64,000 nt of DNA from a candidate division WWE3 bacterium CG08_land_8_20_14_0_20_40_13 (GCA_002774285.1 PEYT01000004.1:4345-68344); one strand, 5' to 3'. Counted from the first letter of the stretch, positions 41,501 to 52,018 are shown. Notes: generated by a model not told the origin, from the letters alone. Numbers and translations: made by a program.

Positions 41501-41923
41501 GGCGGTCAGCGTTTTGGCGAGATGGAAGTTTGGGCGCTGGAGGGGTATAGCGCCGCTCATACTTTGCAAGAGATGCTTACAATAAAATCCGATGATATGT
41601 TGGGCAGGACTTTGGCATATCGCGCTATGATTCAAGGTGAAAAGATTCCGCCTGCGGCTATTCCGGAATCCTTTAAACTATTGGTACGCGAACTTAACGG
41701 ACTATGTCTTAAAGTAGATACAATTGGGGCTAAAGAAGAAGATGTCCAAGAGGTGGGAGGTGGGGCGGAACCCGGAGAAGTAAAAATGATACCGGCAGAG
41801 GGTTTAAAAATTACCGATCCAAAAAATGAAAAGGAAGAAGATGGGGTGGGAAAATCCGAAGAGGCGTCCGCGGAGGAAGATTTAACCGAAGAAGAAAAGG
41901 ATAAACCGGAAGTGGAGGAGTAA
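38570..41923 (+). CDS. rpoB: DNA-directed RNA polymerase subunit beta
   Basis: 1117 aa with conserved beta blocks (GNRRVRSVGELL, RMNIGQ, ...). Acidic C-terminal tail. Confidence 0.95.
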   Translation: MRLSFSEEGFKFPLPNLSAIQLDSFNAFLREGVNDVLEEINDIEDYTGRGWVLSFSNPRFDKATISIQESIERGMTYSAPWYIKVTLLEKESKKSKTQDVYMGEVPLMTPKGTFIVNGIEKVIVNQLIRSEGVYFLPIEYPGNPNLFASAKLLPKNGAWLEIETSKTGVLTVKIDRKRKVVLTALLRIFGLENDNDIREAFKEAEKGSEVSYVEATLEKDPSSNYNEALIEIYRKVRPGEPLILDNAKTLIETMFFNPRRYSLGKVGRFKFNQKLKTEFPQDSMGRLLHKEDLIKVIERIILLNRNIGEEYDDIDHLGNRRVRSVGELLQNQIRIGFLQMERNIKERMSLQPRGQLCEPNTLISTRPVAAKVHSFFASGQLSQYQDQSNPLTGLDHLRRLSVMGPGGLTKERASFSVRDAHYTHYGKICPVRTPEGPNIGLITYVALYARVNEYGFLETPYRKLDKDAKGNYVVTDTIDYLAAYDEEKFFITDASVKVSKDGVVLDKRVPLRKGKDFFIGDVSQASYMDINSQQTVGLAASLIPFISNTDVIRALYGCQQATQAVPLIIPQKPFVGTGMEEIAALGSGAIVMAEEDGVVSFSDATKVIVKGKNTTEYKILKFVQSNMDTCYNQSVVVSAGQKVKKGQVLAEGPAVLDGELAIGANLKVAFMIWGGYNYEDAIVVSERLVRDDVLTSIHIKDRAVQVLETKLGPEEITRDIPNVSEEALRNLDERGIVAIGSEVKSGDILVGKIAPKGETELSAEERLLRAIFGEKSRDVKDNSLVLPHGEYGTVIGITELTKEKGDELPIGVVKEIRIFVAQRRKIVVGDKLTGRQGQKGVIALIAKDEDMPFMTDGTRVDIILHPASLLGRMNIGQLPETHLGWVAERTNKYFQVPVFTKFGEEQLKAALKEAGLPEDGRTALFDGKSGEPFANRVVVGNLYILKLHHLAEDKMHARSTGPYSLITQQPLGGKAQFGGQRFGEMEVWALEGYSAAHTLQEMLTIKSDDMLGRTLAYRAMIQGEKIPPAAIPESFKLLVRELNGLCLKVDTIGAKEEDVQEVGGGAEPGEVKMIPAEGLKITDPKNEKEEDGVGKSEEASAEEDLTEEEKDKPEVEE

Positions 41924-41945
41924 AAATAATAATAGTTAAAAAAAT

Positions 41946-44900
41946 ATGAACAAACTATCCAGACTAAAAGATTTTACCGCGCTAAAAATTTCACTTGCTT
42001 CTCCGGAGGATATATTGTCATGGTCTCATGGCGAAGTTACCAAACCTGAAACAATTAATTACCGCACCTTTAAGGCCGAAAAGGGCGGGCTTTTTGACGA
42101 AAAAATATTTGGTCCTACTAAAGATTATGAGTGTTACTGCGGAAAATATAAAAGGATCAGATACAAAGGTGTCATTTGCGATAAATGCGGAGTAGAGGTT
42201 ACTCACTCCAGAGTTCGGCGCGAAAGAATGGGTCATATCACATTGTCATCTCCTGTTGCCCATGTATGGTTTTTTAAAGGCATACCTTCTAAACTTGCTA
42301 TGCTCTTGGACATTTCTCCCAGAAGTTTAGAAGCAGTTGTCTACTTCTCATCCTATGTGGTTACTTCTTGCGATCATGATAAGAAAGTCCATGTTTTATC
42401 TCATTTAGCGGAAGATTTGGAGAAGGAAAGAAAGACTTTTTTGGAGGAGTCCGAGGAAGAGGTTAAAAATCTTAAAAAGCAGGCGGAAACCGAAATAAAG
42501 GAAATAAAAAACGCAGACAAAGAAAAAGCAAAAATAATGGCGGGAGCAGTTTCCCTAAAATACAACCGTAAAGCCCAAGATTTAAGAGATAAGACGGTGG
42601 TAAAACAGGAAGAACTTGAGAAAAAATTTGCCGTTTTGGAAAAGAAGCTTGCTTCGGTAAAACATCTTTCAATTCTTACCGATTTGGAATATTTGGATTT
42701 ATCCAATTATATGGATCAATTTTGCGAAGTCTCAATTGGAGCTGAATCGATAAAAAATATTTTGGAAAAATTGGATTTAGTCGAAGAAATCAAAAAACTT
42801 AAAGCGAAAATTTCAAGAACAAAGGGACAGGCGCAATTAAAACTTAGCAAAAGATTAAAGGTTATGGAGGGCTTTAGGAAAGCGGGAATTAGTCCCACAT
42901 GGGTTATTTTACAACATTTGCCTGTTATCCCCCCGGATCTTAGACCCATGGTTCAGTTGGAAGGTGGACGATTTGCCACGAGTGATCTTAACGACCTTTA
43001 TCGGAGAATAATCAATAGAAATAGCCGTCTTAGAAGACTTCTAAATTTGGGAGCGCCGGAAATTATCATAAGAAATGAAAAAAGGATGTTGCAGGAAGCT
43101 GTTGACGCGCTAATTGATTCTTCAAAACAGAGATCTTCGTCCAGAGTTTTAAGAATGTCCAGAAAACCGCTCCGCTCAATTTCCGACATGCTAAAAGGAA
43201 AGCAAGGGCGTTTTAGACAGAACCTTTTGGGAAAGCGGGTTGACTATTCGGGACGGTCCGTTATTGTTGTTGGTCCAGACCTTAAACTTACGGAGTGTGG
43301 AATTCCAAGAGAAATGGCTTTAGAGCTTTTAAAACCGTTGGTACTACGCGAAATACTCCTTAGAGGCCTTGCTCCTAATGTTAAAAGCGCCAAATATATA
43401 TTGGATGCTAGAGGTGGAGAGGTGTGGGATATTGTAGAATCTTTAGCCAAGTCGCGGCCTGTTCTTTTAAACCGCGCCCCAACACTTCACAGACTTGGAA
43501 TTCGGGCATTTTTCCCCAGACTTATCGAAGGAAACGCCATCCAAATACATCCTTGTGTTTGTGATGGATTTAATGCTGACTTTGACGGCGACCAAATGGC
43601 AGTACATTTACCACTATCAGAAGAGGCTATTCAGGAATCTATAGACCTTATGCTTTCCGATAAAAATTTACTTAAACCTTCAAACGGCAATTTTATCGCC
43701 ATGCCTTCCAAAGATATGATTTTGGGAGTGTACTTTTTGACAACAGTAAATCCCGATTTGGAAAAACACAAAAGCAAATTTGGAAGTATTGACGAGGTTA
43801 CTTACGCTCTTTTCGATAACAAAATAAACCTAAGACAGAAAATTGATATGGTTTTGGATGGCAATATGACGGAAACTACCGCAGGAAGAGTGATTTTTAA
43901 CAGTCGGTTACCGCAGTCACTGGGATTTATTAACAAAAATGTTGGGAAATCCTCATCAGAAGACACGGTATCGCTTTCCGATCTTTTTGACAAAGTATTA
44001 AAGATGGAAGACACCAGAACGGTAGTGGAATTTATTGACTCGGTAAAAAGTTTGGGATTTGAATACGCAACAAAATCTGGTCTTTCCGTGTCGATTTTTG
44101 ACTTTAAAGAATCTCCGCAAAGAGGTCCAATTATGGATACTGCTAACAAAAAGGCTGAAGAAATAGATCTTAACTATAAGCGTGGTCTTATTACAAGAAA
44201 CGAACAAAGGTCCTTGTCTCAAACTTTGTGGCAAGAAACAACAGAAAAAGTTGATGAAGCAACTTGGAAAGAACTGGACGAGAAAGACATTGTTAAATTT
44301 ATGTTGCGCTCTGGAGGTGCCGGAAAAGCTTCCCGTGTTCAAATACGGCAGATTGCTGGAATGCGTGGTCTTATTGCCGATCCAACGGGAAGAATTATAG
44401 AAATGCCAATTAAAGGAAATTACAAAGAGGGTCTTTCGGGATTCGAGTATTTTGCAAGTTCCCGTGGTTCCCGTAAAGGGATTACCGATAAGGCTTTAAG
44501 AACAGCAGATGCTGGATATCTAACTCGTAGGCTTGTTGATGTGGCACAAGGTGTAATAACTAGAACTGATTTTTGCGGAACGGAAAATTATCGGCCGATA
44601 ACTATTAAAGACATTTTGCCGCTATCTTCTCTTTCCGATAAGATAAAGGGAAGATATTTGGCAAAGGATATCAAAGTAAAAAACAAAAAGATTGCGAAAA
44701 AAGGAGAATACCTAACTATTGAAAAAGCCAAGGAGATAGAAAAGGCTGGGGTAGAGGAAGTAGGAGTATATTCACCTTTAACCTGCGAAGCTCCTCACGG
44801 AATTTGCAGAAAGTGTTATGGCGAAGATTTAACAAATCTTAAAGAAGTGCAAATTGGGGTTCCTGTTGGGATATTGGCGGCGCAATCTATTGGAGAGCCG

Positions 44901-45671
44901 GGAACACAACTTACTATGAGAACTTTCCATACTGGAGGAATTGTCGGAAAAGACATTACACAAGGACTTCCGCGGATAGAAGAAATTTTGGAAGCACGGG
45001 CGCCAAAATCTCTTTCCATAATGAGCGAAATTACCGGAAAGGTTAGTATTGTAGAAGAAAAGGGTGGTAAGAGGACCATTATTGTCAAAGCAGTAGATAA
45101 AGATACTGAGGTTCCGGAAGTGCGGTATAATGTGGATCCAGTTTCTGAGATTGTGGTTAGCGAAGGAATGCTAATTGTTGCTGGGGAGCCTTTGACTGTC
45201 GGGAATTTGGATTTAAGCGAGCTTTTGGGTGTTGTAAGTGTAGTCCAAACGCAAAATTACATAATTAAAGAATTGCAAAAGGTTTATACTTCACAGGGAG
45301 TTAAGTTAAACGATAAGCATTTGGAAGTTATAGTTAGACAGACCTTTAACAAGGTGGAAATAGATAAGATTGGGGACGCCGACTTTTTGCAGGGTGAGGT
45401 TGTGACGAAAGATAAGTTTGATGAGGAGAATGCAAAGGTGGCGGCAGAAGGCGGGGAAATGGCGCAAGGTCACATAATTTTGCTTGGTATAACAAGGGCC
45501 GCTCTTGAAACGGATAGCTTTTTAGCGGCGGCATCGTTTATGAACACCAGCCGAATTTTGACTGATGCCGCTTCCGTGGGGGCAGTAGATAACCTGTTAG
45601 GTCTAAAGGAAAATGTGATTATTGGAAGACTAATTCCCGTGGGGGAACGGGCTAGAATGGTAGACAATTAA
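41946..45671 (+). CDS. rpoC: DNA-directed RNA polymerase subunit beta'
   Basis: 1241 aa with the zinc-binding CxC...CxxC N-terminus and the NADFDGD active site. Confidence 0.95.
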   Translation: MNKLSRLKDFTALKISLASPEDILSWSHGEVTKPETINYRTFKAEKGGLFDEKIFGPTKDYECYCGKYKRIRYKGVICDKCGVEVTHSRVRRERMGHITLSSPVAHVWFFKGIPSKLAMLLDISPRSLEAVVYFSSYVVTSCDHDKKVHVLSHLAEDLEKERKTFLEESEEEVKNLKKQAETEIKEIKNADKEKAKIMAGAVSLKYNRKAQDLRDKTVVKQEELEKKFAVLEKKLASVKHLSILTDLEYLDLSNYMDQFCEVSIGAESIKNILEKLDLVEEIKKLKAKISRTKGQAQLKLSKRLKVMEGFRKAGISPTWVILQHLPVIPPDLRPMVQLEGGRFATSDLNDLYRRIINRNSRLRRLLNLGAPEIIIRNEKRMLQEAVDALIDSSKQRSSSRVLRMSRKPLRSISDMLKGKQGRFRQNLLGKRVDYSGRSVIVVGPDLKLTECGIPREMALELLKPLVLREILLRGLAPNVKSAKYILDARGGEVWDIVESLAKSRPVLLNRAPTLHRLGIRAFFPRLIEGNAIQIHPCVCDGFNADFDGDQMAVHLPLSEEAIQESIDLMLSDKNLLKPSNGNFIAMPSKDMILGVYFLTTVNPDLEKHKSKFGSIDEVTYALFDNKINLRQKIDMVLDGNMTETTAGRVIFNSRLPQSLGFINKNVGKSSSEDTVSLSDLFDKVLKMEDTRTVVEFIDSVKSLGFEYATKSGLSVSIFDFKESPQRGPIMDTANKKAEEIDLNYKRGLITRNEQRSLSQTLWQETTEKVDEATWKELDEKDIVKFMLRSGGAGKASRVQIRQIAGMRGLIADPTGRIIEMPIKGNYKEGLSGFEYFASSRGSRKGITDKALRTADAGYLTRRLVDVAQGVITRTDFCGTENYRPITIKDILPLSSLSDKIKGRYLAKDIKVKNKKIAKKGEYLTIEKAKEIEKAGVEEVGVYSPLTCEAPHGICRKCYGEDLTNLKEVQIGVPVGILAAQSIGEPGTQLTMRTFHTGGIVGKDITQGLPRIEEILEARAPKSLSIMSEITGKVSIVEEKGGKRTIIVKAVDKDTEVPEVRYNVDPVSEIVVSEGMLIVAGEPLTVGNLDLSELLGVVSVVQTQNYIIKELQKVYTSQGVKLNDKHLEVIVRQTFNKVEIDKIGDADFLQGEVVTKDKFDEENAKVAAEGGEMAQGHIILLGITRAALETDSFLAAASFMNTSRILTDAASVGAVDNLLGLKENVIIGRLIPVGERARMVDN

Positions 45672-45672
45672 A

Positions 45673-46098
45673 ATGCCAACAATAAACCAGCTTGTAAGAA
45701 AGCGCAGAAAAAATTTAAAATCTCGAAAAGCTACACCAGCTTTAAAGTTGGTATATTCATCGTTACACAGGACAAAAAAGAGAGTAGCAAGTCCTTTTAA
45801 AAGAGGAGTGTGTCTTATTGTAAAGACGATGACGCCTAAAAAACCAAACTCGGCTTTAAGAAAAATTGCCAGAGTCCGTCTTTCCAATGGAGAAGAAGTT
45901 ACCACTTATATTCCCGGGGAAGGTCACGGACTTCAGGAGCACTCGGTAGTTTTGGTTAGAGGTGGTCGTGTTAAAGATCTTCCGGGTGTAAAGTACACTA
46001 TCGTCCGTGGGAAATACGATTTAGCAGGGGTTGCCAAACGAAAAACATCTAGAAGTATTTACGGTACAAAAAAGGATGCAGGAGTTAAAAAGATTTAA
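45673..46098 (+). CDS. rpsL: 30S ribosomal protein S12
   Basis: [10 protein letters not shown]...[10 protein letters not shown]...[12 protein letters not shown]. It starts 2 nt after the rpoC stop. Confidence 0.9.
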   Translation: MPTINQLVRKRRKNLKSRKATPALKLVYSSLHRTKKRVASPFKRGVCLIVKTMTPKKPNSALRKIARVRLSNGEEVTTYIPGEGHGLQEHSVVLVRGGRVKDLPGVKYTIVRGKYDLAGVAKRKTSRSIYGTKKDAGVKKI

Positions 46099-46103
46099 TC
46101 GTT

Positions 46104-46571
46104 ATGGCGAGAGGAGCAAAACCAACAAAAAACCCAATAGAAACCGACCAATTTTATAAATCAAAGGTCGTTACCCGCGTTGTTAACCGTCTTATGCTAG
46201 GCGGGGAAAAAAGCGTCGCCACAAAAATTATTTACGGGGTTTTGGAAAAAATTTCGGAGGATAAAAAAGAAGCCACCACAAAATTAGAAGAGGCGGTAAA
46301 AAATCTAATGCCTTCACAGGAAGTTCGGAGCCGTAGGGTAGGTGGTGCTACTTATCAAGTTCCGGTTCCTTTGCGTCATGATAGATCAGAAGCTTTGGCT
46401 ATAAGATGGCTGGTGGAAGCAGCACGCGCAAAAAAAGGAAAACCCATGGCCCAAAGACTTTTTGAAGAAGTAACACTTGCCGCTAAAAAAGAGGGAGTTG
46501 CTTACAAAAAGAAAGAAGATACTCTGCGTATGGCTGACGCCAACAAAGCCTTTGCGCATTTTAAGTGGTAG
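46104..46571 (+). CDS. rpsG: 30S ribosomal protein S7
   Basis: 155 aa with an S7 signature. Confidence 0.9.
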   Translation: MARGAKPTKNPIETDQFYKSKVVTRVVNRLMLGGEKSVATKIIYGVLEKISEDKKEATTKLEEAVKNLMPSQEVRSRRVGGATYQVPVPLRHDRSEALAIRWLVEAARAKKGKPMAQRLFEEVTLAAKKEGVAYKKKEDTLRMADANKAFAHFKW

Positions 46572-46698
46572 ACAGTTTCTTATCCAAAGTAATAGTTTGA
46601 CCAAGTCCTTTCTACCTTCAAATTTACCAATTAACAAACCTAATAAGTACCCCCCCCTCAATGTTCTGTGCTACTTGACAACCGCGTCTTGTTGCAAT

Positions 46699-46722
46699 AT
46701 CCTGTACATATATGTACAGGAT
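46699..46722 (+). promoter_or_regulatory. perfect 24-bp palindrome ATCCTGTACATATATGTACAGGAT overlapping the abiEi start codon; putative AbiEi autoregulatory operator
   Basis: The two 12-nt halves are exact reverse complements. The ATG of the 46712 ORF lies inside it. Confidence 0.4.
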
Positions 46723-47254
46723 AGACACTCTTATTAAGTTGGATAGGAAGCTGTATCATACAAACGATCTGGCTATATGTTGGAAAATAATTAACAAAAA
46801 TACCTTATACACGGCAATTAAGCGGTATATAAAGAGGGGAATTTTGATTCCGGTTAAAAAAGGTTTATACTCCACCATTCCTTTAGTGCAACTTGATCGG
46901 CAAAACCTTGGAATTGCTCTTATCCATAAGTATTGCTACTTAAGCACGGAATCTGTATTTGTTAAAAACGGGATCATCACCCAAAACAACTTTTACACAA
47001 CTTTTATTAGTAGTGTTTCTGCCAAAATAGCAGTTTCCGATTGGCAATTTCTTTATCGAAAATTGAAAGACGAGTTTCTTTATAACCAAGAGGGTATTTA
47101 TAGCGAGAACGGCGTTTATATGGCGACGACGGAAAGAGCCGTTGCCGATATGTTGTATTTTAATCCAACATACCATTTTGACCTTTTAGAAAATATCGAT
47201 TTTAACAAAGTAAAAGATATCCAAAAAAAGGTTGGTTATCCATGCAGTATTTAA
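46712..47254 (+). CDS. abiEi: AbiEi-family antitoxin (type IV TA, wHTH)
   Basis: N-terminal ...LYTAIKRYIKRGILIPVKKGLYST... matches the AbiEi_4 pattern (..L.RLV..G.L.RV.RGVY). 13-nt overlap with the downstream nucleotidyltransferase-toxin gene. Confidence 0.55.
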   Translation: MYRIDTLIKLDRKLYHTNDLAICWKIINKNTLYTAIKRYIKRGILIPVKKGLYSTIPLVQLDRQNLGIALIHKYCYLSTESVFVKNGIITQNNFYTTFISSVSAKIAVSDWQFLYRKLKDEFLYNQEGIYSENGVYMATTERAVADMLYFNPTYHFDLLENIDFNKVKDIQKKVGYPCSI

Positions 47255-47970
47255 GACCGGAAGATACAATTCACAAATCTTATTTAAATAGATTACTAAT
47301 AGAGATAGTAGATAATCCAATATTATCATCCAACTTAGCGTTTAAAGGAGGAACATGCGCACAAATGCTGCGCTTTTTGGATAGGTTTTCTGTGGATTTG
47401 GACTTTGATGTAATAACAATGACGGATGAATCTAAATTAAGAAACGAGTTCCGAAATATTTTTAATCATTTAGGGCTAACTATGATTAAAGAATCGACTC
47501 CAGCCCTATTTTTTCAGCTTAAATATGCAAGCGAAACTGGGAAACGAAGCGCAATAAAGACAAGTGCGAGTATTATAAAAATAAAAACCAACGAGTATAA
47601 AATTCAATATTTATCGGAAATTGATAGATTAGCTAACTGTCAAACAATAGAAGCGATGTTTGCAAATAAATTAGTTGCCATAATCGATCGGTACAAGTTG
47701 CATAAAAGTATAGCCGGGCGTGATATCTACGATACGCACCATTTTTTTATTCAAGGATATTCATACAAAGATGAAGTAATCCTAGAAAGAACGGGGCAAG
47801 AGCCAAAAGCATACCTAAAATATTTAATAGAATTTATAAAAGACAAGGTTACTCAAACAATTGTAAATGAAGATTTAAATTCCCTATTACCAGCAGATAA
47901 ATTTCAGCAAATTAGAAAGGTTTTGATTCCAGAAACTTTGTCTTTTCTTGCAAGAGAGGTCGGGAAGTAA
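47242..47970 (+). CDS. abiEii: AbiEii/AbiGii-family nucleotidyltransferase toxin (DUF1814)
   Basis: FKGGTCAQMLRFLDRFSVDLDFDV is the GGT...R.SeDlDf signature of AbiEii toxins. Confidence 0.6.
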   Translation: MQYLRPEDTIHKSYLNRLLIEIVDNPILSSNLAFKGGTCAQMLRFLDRFSVDLDFDVITMTDESKLRNEFRNIFNHLGLTMIKESTPALFFQLKYASETGKRSAIKTSASIIKIKTNEYKIQYLSEIDRLANCQTIEAMFANKLVAIIDRYKLHKSIAGRDIYDTHHFFIQGYSYKDEVILERTGQEPKAYLKYLIEFIKDKVTQTIVNEDLNSLLPADKFQQIRKVLIPETLSFLAREVGK

Positions 47971-48036
47971 TTAATCGTCGTCGGAAAAATCCGCGTTGAC
48001 ATCACATTTTATTTTATTTAGTATAGTTTTAAGGAG

Positions 48037-48396
48037 ATGAAAGAGGATTTACTGCAAACCAAATATCTTCTTGTTGTGCTAATTGTTCTTGTTGCTTTAG
48101 GTTTTATCGCTTTTTCATTTCAAACTAAACCCCCTTCCACACCAGCTATCACTCCCACCACAACCAAACCATCAAATTAAGTAGAACCATCTTCCGATCC
48201 AACTGCCAATTGGAAAACATATCAAAATGAAACATATAATTTTTCGGCGGTATATAAATTAAATAATGTATAATCATATACCATCTCTCCAATCTGGATT
48301 TGACGAGCAACTACTAGAAGAAAATGCTCGAACTTTTTTCGAAACTACCCTTTCTACCTTTCGTTTCCTAGATCCTCCGAAGCTTTAAGCGAAGGA
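48037..48396 (+). pseudogene. degraded gene for a small membrane-anchored/secreted Pro/Thr-linker protein
   Basis: SD AAGGAG plus ATG at 48037 gives MKEDLLQTKYLLVVLIVLVALGFIAFSFQTKPPSTPAITPTTTKPSN, then TAA. Protein-like sequence continues in frame (VEPSSDPTANWKTYQNETYNFSAVYKL) and then in a shifted frame (IPSLQSGFDEQLLEENARTFFETTLSTF). Confidence 0.3.
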
Positions 48397-48420
48397 GGAC
48401 AAATTTACCAATTAAAAAAC

Positions 48421-48675
48421 CTAATAAATATCTCCTCTATTGTCGATTAGATAGATGATTACTGTTTTGTTTCTGTCGTCTTTTACAAAAAGTACTATAA
48501 TATCTCCAATACGCAGTCTAAACATACCCTGATATTTTCCAGTAAGTTTTTTTATATCTCCGCGATAGGGAAAATAGGATAAATCCAAAATAGCATTTGT
48601 AATTCTAACAAAGGAGTTTTTATCAATCTTATCAAGGAATTTTTCTGCTTGTTTCTTTAAGATAACTTTGTACAT
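48421..48675 (-). CDS. relE: RelE/ParE-family type II toxin
   Basis: MYKVILKKQAEKFLDKIDKNSFVRITNAILDLSYFP..GDIKKLTGKYQGMFRLRIGDIIVLFVKDDRNKTVIIYLIDNRGDIY. The start is taken at the internal M of the track ORF. Confidence 0.7.
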   Translation of the reverse strand: MYKVILKKQAEKFLDKIDKNSFVRITNAILDLSYFPYRGDIKKLTGKYQGMFRLRIGDIIVLFVKDDRNKTVIIYLIDNRGDIY

Positions 48676-48970
48676 AGTCGACGCATAATTTTTCCGAAAC
48701 AAATTTTTCAAAAGCGATTCCCATATCGCTTGCGGTTTCCATTTCTTTTTCCAGATCTTTAGTATCAACAAAATCCATAAGTTTTTCGTAAGCAAATGAG
48801 GATTTTTCAAAATATTCAGGAGACACCATAACGGCTAAATACGCATTGCCTTTGGAGATAGCAATAGGGGTTCCTAAGGTTTTCATATGGGTCACTATTT
48901 CCTTGGTTTTATAACGCAAGTCGGTTGTAGTTGCAAGTTTCGTAAGTTTTTGAGTAATCATAATAGTCAT
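48632..48970 (-). CDS. Phd/YefM-family antitoxin
   Basis: ...TTTDLRYKTKEIVTHMKTLGTPIAISKGNAYLAVMVSPEYFEK... follows the Phd/YefM N-terminal pattern. It lies upstream of and overlapping the toxin gene. The start codon is uncertain (M25 or M28 of the track ORF). Confidence 0.55.
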   Translation of the reverse strand: MTIMITQKLTKLATTTDLRYKTKEIVTHMKTLGTPIAISKGNAYLAVMVSPEYFEKSSFAYEKLMDFVDTKDLEKEMETASDMGIAFEKFVSEKLCVDYVQSYLKETSRKIP

Positions 48971-49059
48971 AATTCCATACATAATTATGACTAAAATCAA
49001 TACCAAAAAATATCTGTTGACAGGGGTTTTGGGATAGTACAATATCTAATCATTATTGG

Positions 49060-49356
49060 ATGTTGTTATCTGCCCCTATGCCATCTAAGACTAGGAAAGT
49101 GGTCTCTAAAAAGAAGGTCGTAAGGAGAGTCCCCAAAGTAAAGTCTCCTTCGTGTTGTGTTAGTCAGGATGCGTTAACCAAGTACCTGCCGTTTATGGTA
49201 GGGTTAGCGTTTTTTGTGCTATTTTTGGCCGTAGTCGCCTATGCGGTTGCTTTAAAATCGCAGTGGCTTGCTAGCCAAGATAATGTGGGATTTTCCGCCC
49301 CAAGCGCGCCTGTAGTTAATACAGCAAAACCACTTCCCGCGCTTCCAAAGAAATAG
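49060..49356 (+). CDS. small Lys-rich single-TM membrane protein
   Basis: 98 aa with a basic N-terminus, one TM helix and a Pro/Ala-rich C-terminus. Confidence 0.35.
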   Translation: MLLSAPMPSKTRKVVSKKKVVRRVPKVKSPSCCVSQDALTKYLPFMVGLAFFVLFLAVVAYAVALKSQWLASQDNVGFSAPSAPVVNTAKPLPALPKK

Positions 49357-49850
49357 ATCCTATACAACCCTCTTTAAAAGAGAGACTTGGTATGGAATAA
49401 GTTGGTGAACTAGATTATTCGCCGATTTTTTCTATACCACCGCCGTGAGCAAAGAAAGGAGAGCATGCCTTGGGGTTTTGTAACCGCATCTTACCCAAGG
49501 CAAAAGGTCAAAAAATTCAACAAAGACCTTTCAAGAAGATGGTTTCAATGGCGCGTGCCGAAAGGGGGATTCGTGTCACGGAGATACATTGACAAACAGG
49601 GTTTGCAGGTTACAGTTTCTCCGAAGTGTGGATCTTCTGGGTTTTTCCGGAATAGCATTCGTGATGCCTTCAGTGGTTTTCTTTGTCACAGCTACTGGAG
49701 GCAAACTCACGAACGCCGCCAATGTCGTCTTGGAGCGGGTGGTTAGATTATAGGTGTTATACTTGAACATGGCGTTTTGAGGAAATGGAAATCCTCCGCC
49801 AGGTTGTTTTTTGTTACATTATTAACATGTGAAAAACCACATTTGACGCG

Positions 49851-50654
49851 ATGATATTTATGGAAAAAGTAGTAAAAGTTACAGCAACAGATAATCTCAA
49901 AGAATCAATTAAATCGGCTGTTGAAGGGCTTGGTGGGTTTAAGAAGTTTATCTCGGCTGGCGATGTGGTTTTTGTAAAACCAAACTGCAATACGACAGAT
50001 CCATTTCCCGCTTCCTCCGATCTCGAATTTTTAAAAGCCCTTACGGATCTTCTATATAAAAATGGCGCTAAGCTTGTGGCTATCGGCGATTCTTCCACAA
50101 TTACTTTAAATACCAGAAGGGTTATGGAACAAAAAGGACTTTTTAAACTTTTGGAAATGGAAGACCCTCCGCGGATTTGTGTTTTTGAAGAAGGAAAATG
50201 GATGGTAACAAAAATTAAAAATTCAAAGTTCAAATCTCAAGTATCCTTACCTGAAATTTTGACAAGGGTAGATAAGGTGATTTATGTACCGTGCTTAAAA
50301 ACTCACAAGCAGGCACGGTTTACAGGAGCGTTAAAATTATCCGTTGGCTTTGTAAAGCCTTTTGAGCGGATATCCATGCATTTAAAAAATTTAGAGGAGA
50401 AAGTTGCAGAAATAAATTCAGTTATAAAATGCGATTTGGTGATAATGGATGCAAGAAAGTGTTTTTTTAATGGCGGTCCAAGTGAGGGTGAAGTGCGGGA
50501 ACCAAATTTTATACTGGCTTCAAAGGGTCGTGTGGCAGTTGATATCGAGGGAATTAGAATAATTCAAGGTTTTAAGGGAAACTCGCTTTTGCATCTAAAA
50601 GATCCCAAAGATCTCCCTCAGATTAAAAGAGCTTTAGAAATGGGACTTAGTTGA
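49851..50654 (+). CDS. DUF362-domain protein
   Basis: VVFVKPNCNT... and the overall DUF362 pattern. Confidence 0.5.
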   Translation: MIFMEKVVKVTATDNLKESIKSAVEGLGGFKKFISAGDVVFVKPNCNTTDPFPASSDLEFLKALTDLLYKNGAKLVAIGDSSTITLNTRRVMEQKGLFKLLEMEDPPRICVFEEGKWMVTKIKNSKFKSQVSLPEILTRVDKVIYVPCLKTHKQARFTGALKLSVGFVKPFERISMHLKNLEEKVAEINSVIKCDLVIMDARKCFFNGGPSEGEVREPNFILASKGRVAVDIEGIRIIQGFKGNSLLHLKDPKDLPQIKRALEMGLS

Positions 50655-50699
50655 GAATGAAATCGGGTTCTACCTTTAAGGGTTTCACCCGAACCGTTT

Positions 50700-51419
50700 C
50701 TAAAGGCCTTTCGAATAAACATTGTTTAATGCAATTCCCACAGAAACTGCTAGGTTTAACGAATCAACTTTATCGGATTGCGGTATTTTTACTCGCGTTT
50801 TAAACCCCTTTTCAAGTTCTTCAAGACCGGATGATTCGTTTCCAAATACAAGGCTTGCGGGTTTTGCAAATTCGATTTTTGATAAATTTTCCGATCCAGT
50901 CGTTTGAAATGCGTAGAGGTTTCTTTCTGGAAAGAATTCTTTGTATTTTTTGAAACTTTCAAAAAGCTGAATGTTAAGACTAAATATCGCGCCCATAGAC
51001 GCTCTTATGGTCTCTGGTTTAAAAATATCTACAGCAGGAGTTATTATTGCAAGGTCAGAAAAATTAAATGCCAGCATTGACCGCGCTATCGTTCCCAGAT
51101 TTCCAGAATCTTTTGGATTAACTAAAACTATATGGTTACTCTGACCATCAAGAGACATAGTGTATTTTTTAAATACTCCAGCCACAAAGCAATTATCTTT
51201 AATGGAAATTTTTTGAATGAGTCTATCGTTTTGGTTAAGTTTTATTTTGTTTTCACCGGCTAATCTATGGATTATCTCAAAACCATTGCTACCTGATAAT
51301 TTTGAATGAGTAATTATTTTAATAACAGATGTTGGCCTGTTTTTAATAAGCTCAATTGTTGGATAGGACCCAAAGGTAAAAGAGTAGTCAAATTTTTTGT
51401 TGTACCTCGAAAATTCCAT
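50700..51419 (-). CDS. SpoU/TrmH-family RNA 2'-O-methyltransferase
   Basis: The C-terminal motifs LVFGNESSGL and IPQ..DSLNLAVSVGIAL match the SPOUT methylase signature. The start is taken at MEFSRY. Confidence 0.7.
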   Translation of the reverse strand: MEFSRYNKKFDYSFTFGSYPTIELIKNRPTSVIKIITHSKLSGSNGFEIIHRLAGENKIKLNQNDRLIQKISIKDNCFVAGVFKKYTMSLDGQSNHIVLVNPKDSGNLGTIARSMLAFNFSDLAIITPAVDIFKPETIRASMGAIFSLNIQLFESFKKYKEFFPERNLYAFQTTGSENLSKIEFAKPASLVFGNESSGLEELEKGFKTRVKIPQSDKVDSLNLAVSVGIALNNVYSKGL

Positions 51420-51484
51420 AGTGACATTGTACCAAAGATGCGACATTTTGTAGTATGTGAATCTTAAATTGAGATCCTCCCTTT

Positions 51485-52018
51485 TTAATTTAAATCTTTT
51501 TTTGGAAGACGGGAGAGGAGGTGAGTGTACAAAAGAAGATTAGAAAGGACGGACAGGGGCACAGTCACAATTAATCCAACACCAAGTGCGAGAACTCCCA
51601 AGATATTAATCCCTAAAATAGCAAGACCAAAAAGAATAAGTTGCCATTTAATTCCTTGCGTCATTTTTCCGCTTAGATTAAAAGCCTCTTTTATTCCAAT
51701 TTCTTTATCAATAAAAAGCAACTCGCTAAAACTATATTTGATTGCCCAGTAAATTCCGGGAACGACAAGAAGGATAAATCCAAAAGCCACAAGAAGCCCG
51801 TACAGAAAAGATACAGCAAAGTACCTAAGAAGATATTTAACAGTTAATTGGGGGAAAATTGTCTTCCACGAAAGTTTCTTCTCGCCTCGGACCAACGACA
51901 AAAGAGTCCGCATAAAGCCGATTTGAATAATACAGGATAGATAAATAGAAATTAAGACAAAACCGAATGACCAAAATCCAAAAAGGACTTTGCTTCCAAC
52001 ATTTCCGCTTTTGCTCAC
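51485..52018 (-). CDS. polytopic membrane protein (DUF975-like?); N-terminus uncertain
   Basis: The track ORF starts at a GTG. Protein-like TM sequence continues another ~40 codons upstream without ATG, GTG or TTG, so the gene may be 5'-truncated or use a rare start codon. Confidence 0.35.
   Translation of the reverse strand: MSKSGNVGSKVLFGFWSFGFVLISIYLSCIIQIGFMRTLLSLVRGEKKLSWKTIFPQLTVKYLLRYFAVSFLYGLLVAFGFILLVVPGIYWAIKYSFSELLFIDKEIGIKEAFNLSGKMTQGIKWQLILFGLAILGINILGVLALGVGLIVTVPLSVLSNLLLYTHLLSRLPKKDLN

Noticed and set aside
49357-49850. tmRNA or 5S rRNA in the GC-rich spacer of the TA island
   Set aside because: GGGGGAUUCGUGUCACGG loosely resembles a tmRNA 5' end and CCTGGCGG a 5S 5' end. 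But there is no T-arm (GGUUCGAnUCC), no acceptor-stem complementarity, no 3' CCA, no Ala-Ala tag reading frame and no 5S helix II or loop C signature. Left as an unclassified candidate RNA.
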